Below the pieces are notes generated by a model, which did not search any database, was not told the origin of the DNA, and worked only from the letters and a program-made list of their open reading frames with translations. 64,000 nt of DNA. It comes from Pseudomonadota bacterium (GTDB lineage: Bacteria > Bdellovibrionota_C > UBA2361 > OMII01). Location: positions 64,693 through 128,692 of the forward strand of contig JBEGVS010000064.1 in NCBI GenBank assembly GCA_041178185.1, written 5' to 3'. How positions within the stretch are numbered: position 1 is the first letter of the stretch; each line of letters opens with the position of its first letter. Of the stretch, positions 63,411 through 64,000 are shown one piece after another. The translations under genes and the position numbers were made by a program.

Positions 63411-63971
63411 ATGAAAAAATTCGTAATCATTCATGGAACCAAAGGCTCGCCCGAAGGCAATTGGTTCCCCTGGCTCGCGGATTCCCTACGACAACAACAC
63501 GCAGAGGTTGTGGTCCCAAGAATGCCAACTCCCGAAGGCCAGAATCTAGAGAATTGGCTCGAGGAGCTTCGGCGACAAGCTGGAGCACTCGACGAGACTA
63601 CCACTCTCATCGGGCACAGCTTGGGCGCCACATTTCTGCTGCGTGTTCTTGAAAGCCAAAAGGTTTCCATGGCTCAGTCAGTGTTTGTTGCGGGTCTTCT
63701 GGGTCCAATCGGCATTGCGGAATACGATCAACTGAATTCGACTTTTATCGCAACTTCTTACGATTGGGGCACGATACGGAGCAATGCAGGATCTGTGGTA
63801 TGCGTCTCTGGCGAGGGGGACCCGTACGTTCCCGCGGAGCAAGGGAAAGAACTCGCCGCAAAACTCGGGGCCCAGAATCATGTTGTACCCAAAGGCGGGC
63901 ACCTAAATGCCGAGTTTGGCTATACTTCCTTTCCGCAGCTCTTGGGCCTGCTCACTAACGCAGCGGCTTAA
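63411..63971 (+). CDS. alpha/beta hydrolase (YdeN/RBBP9-like serine hydrolase)
   Basis: MKKFVIIHGTKGSPEGNWFPW, a nucleophile elbow GHSLG, and a C-terminal GGHLN. The ATG at 63411 is used. Confidence 0.7.
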   Translation: MKKFVIIHGTKGSPEGNWFPWLADSLRQQHAEVVVPRMPTPEGQNLENWLEELRRQAGALDETTTLIGHSLGATFLLRVLESQKVSMAQSVFVAGLLGPIGIAEYDQLNSTFIATSYDWGTIRSNAGSVVCVSGEGDPYVPAEQGKELAAKLGAQNHVVPKGGHLNAEFGYTSFPQLLGLLTNAAA

Positions 63972-64000
63972 GACCCATCTTAAGAGCGTTGAATTCTGTA

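Larger units (their letters stand above)
56150..64000 (+). mobile_element. integron-type gene cassette array (CALIN / integrase-distal cassette array); continues past the window end
   Basis: At least 13 attC-like imperfect palindromes, each at the 3' end of a short + strand ORF. ORFs are unidirectional, GC is lower, and the cargo is TA modules, GNATs, VOC, hydrolases and unknowns. Confidence 0.8.

Noticed and set aside
56150-64000. Could the repeated palindromes be a CRISPR array?
   Set aside because: The repeats are not identical (only the fold and the outer 7-mers are conserved). The spacers are 300-750 bp long and contain full ORFs. No cas genes are present.

Overview
The window is a 64 kb piece of a high-GC bacterial chromosome from an LPS-producing Gram-negative organism (kdsA, kdsB, lptC, lptA present); I cannot assign the lineage from sequence alone. 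From 1 to about 55 kb it is mostly core or housekeeping content, much of it on the minus strand. It includes an acyl-CoA mutase / acyl-CoA dehydrogenase / enoyl-CoA hydratase operon, sbcDC, a second acyl-CoA dehydrogenase, a PLP-dependent dehydratase and a heavy-metal P-type ATPase. It also holds tlyA, an RRM RNA-binding protein, a GT4 glycosyltransferase, a secreted M12B-like metalloprotease, mltA, a phoR/phoB-like two-component pair, ridA, rlmI and a BON-domain protein. Further on come pyrG-kdsA-lptC-lptA, fabH, ssb, yceD, lon, an LpoA-like lipoprotein, grpE-dnaK-dnaJ, recO and kdsB. Around 55.1 to 55.3 kb GC content drops visibly, and the remaining ~8 kb (running past the window end) is the main finding: a one-directional array of short + strand ORFs, each followed by a 50-84 bp imperfect palindrome. 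The palindromes have integron attC architecture (R'' xxATAAC ... inner arms with unpaired bases ... R' GTTATxx), and at least 13 such sites are visible. Cargo is typical cassette content: BrnT/BrnA and HigB/HigA-like toxin-antitoxin pairs, two GNATs, a VOC/glyoxalase protein, an SGNH hydrolase, a SAM methyltransferase, an alpha/beta hydrolase and several unknowns. No integron integrase is present in the window, so this looks like a CALIN or the integrase-distal part of a sedentary chromosomal integron. Smaller observations: a 600 bp ORF-free convergent intergenic region carrying an exact 16-nt copy of the 16S rRNA 3' tail; a (GA)9 microsatellite in a divergent promoter region; a P1B ATPase with a TPCP motif; a bacterial reprolysin-type HELGHNFGGFHD protease; and two rho-independent terminators. 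Coordinates of the short elements are hand-counted and may be off by 1-2 nt.
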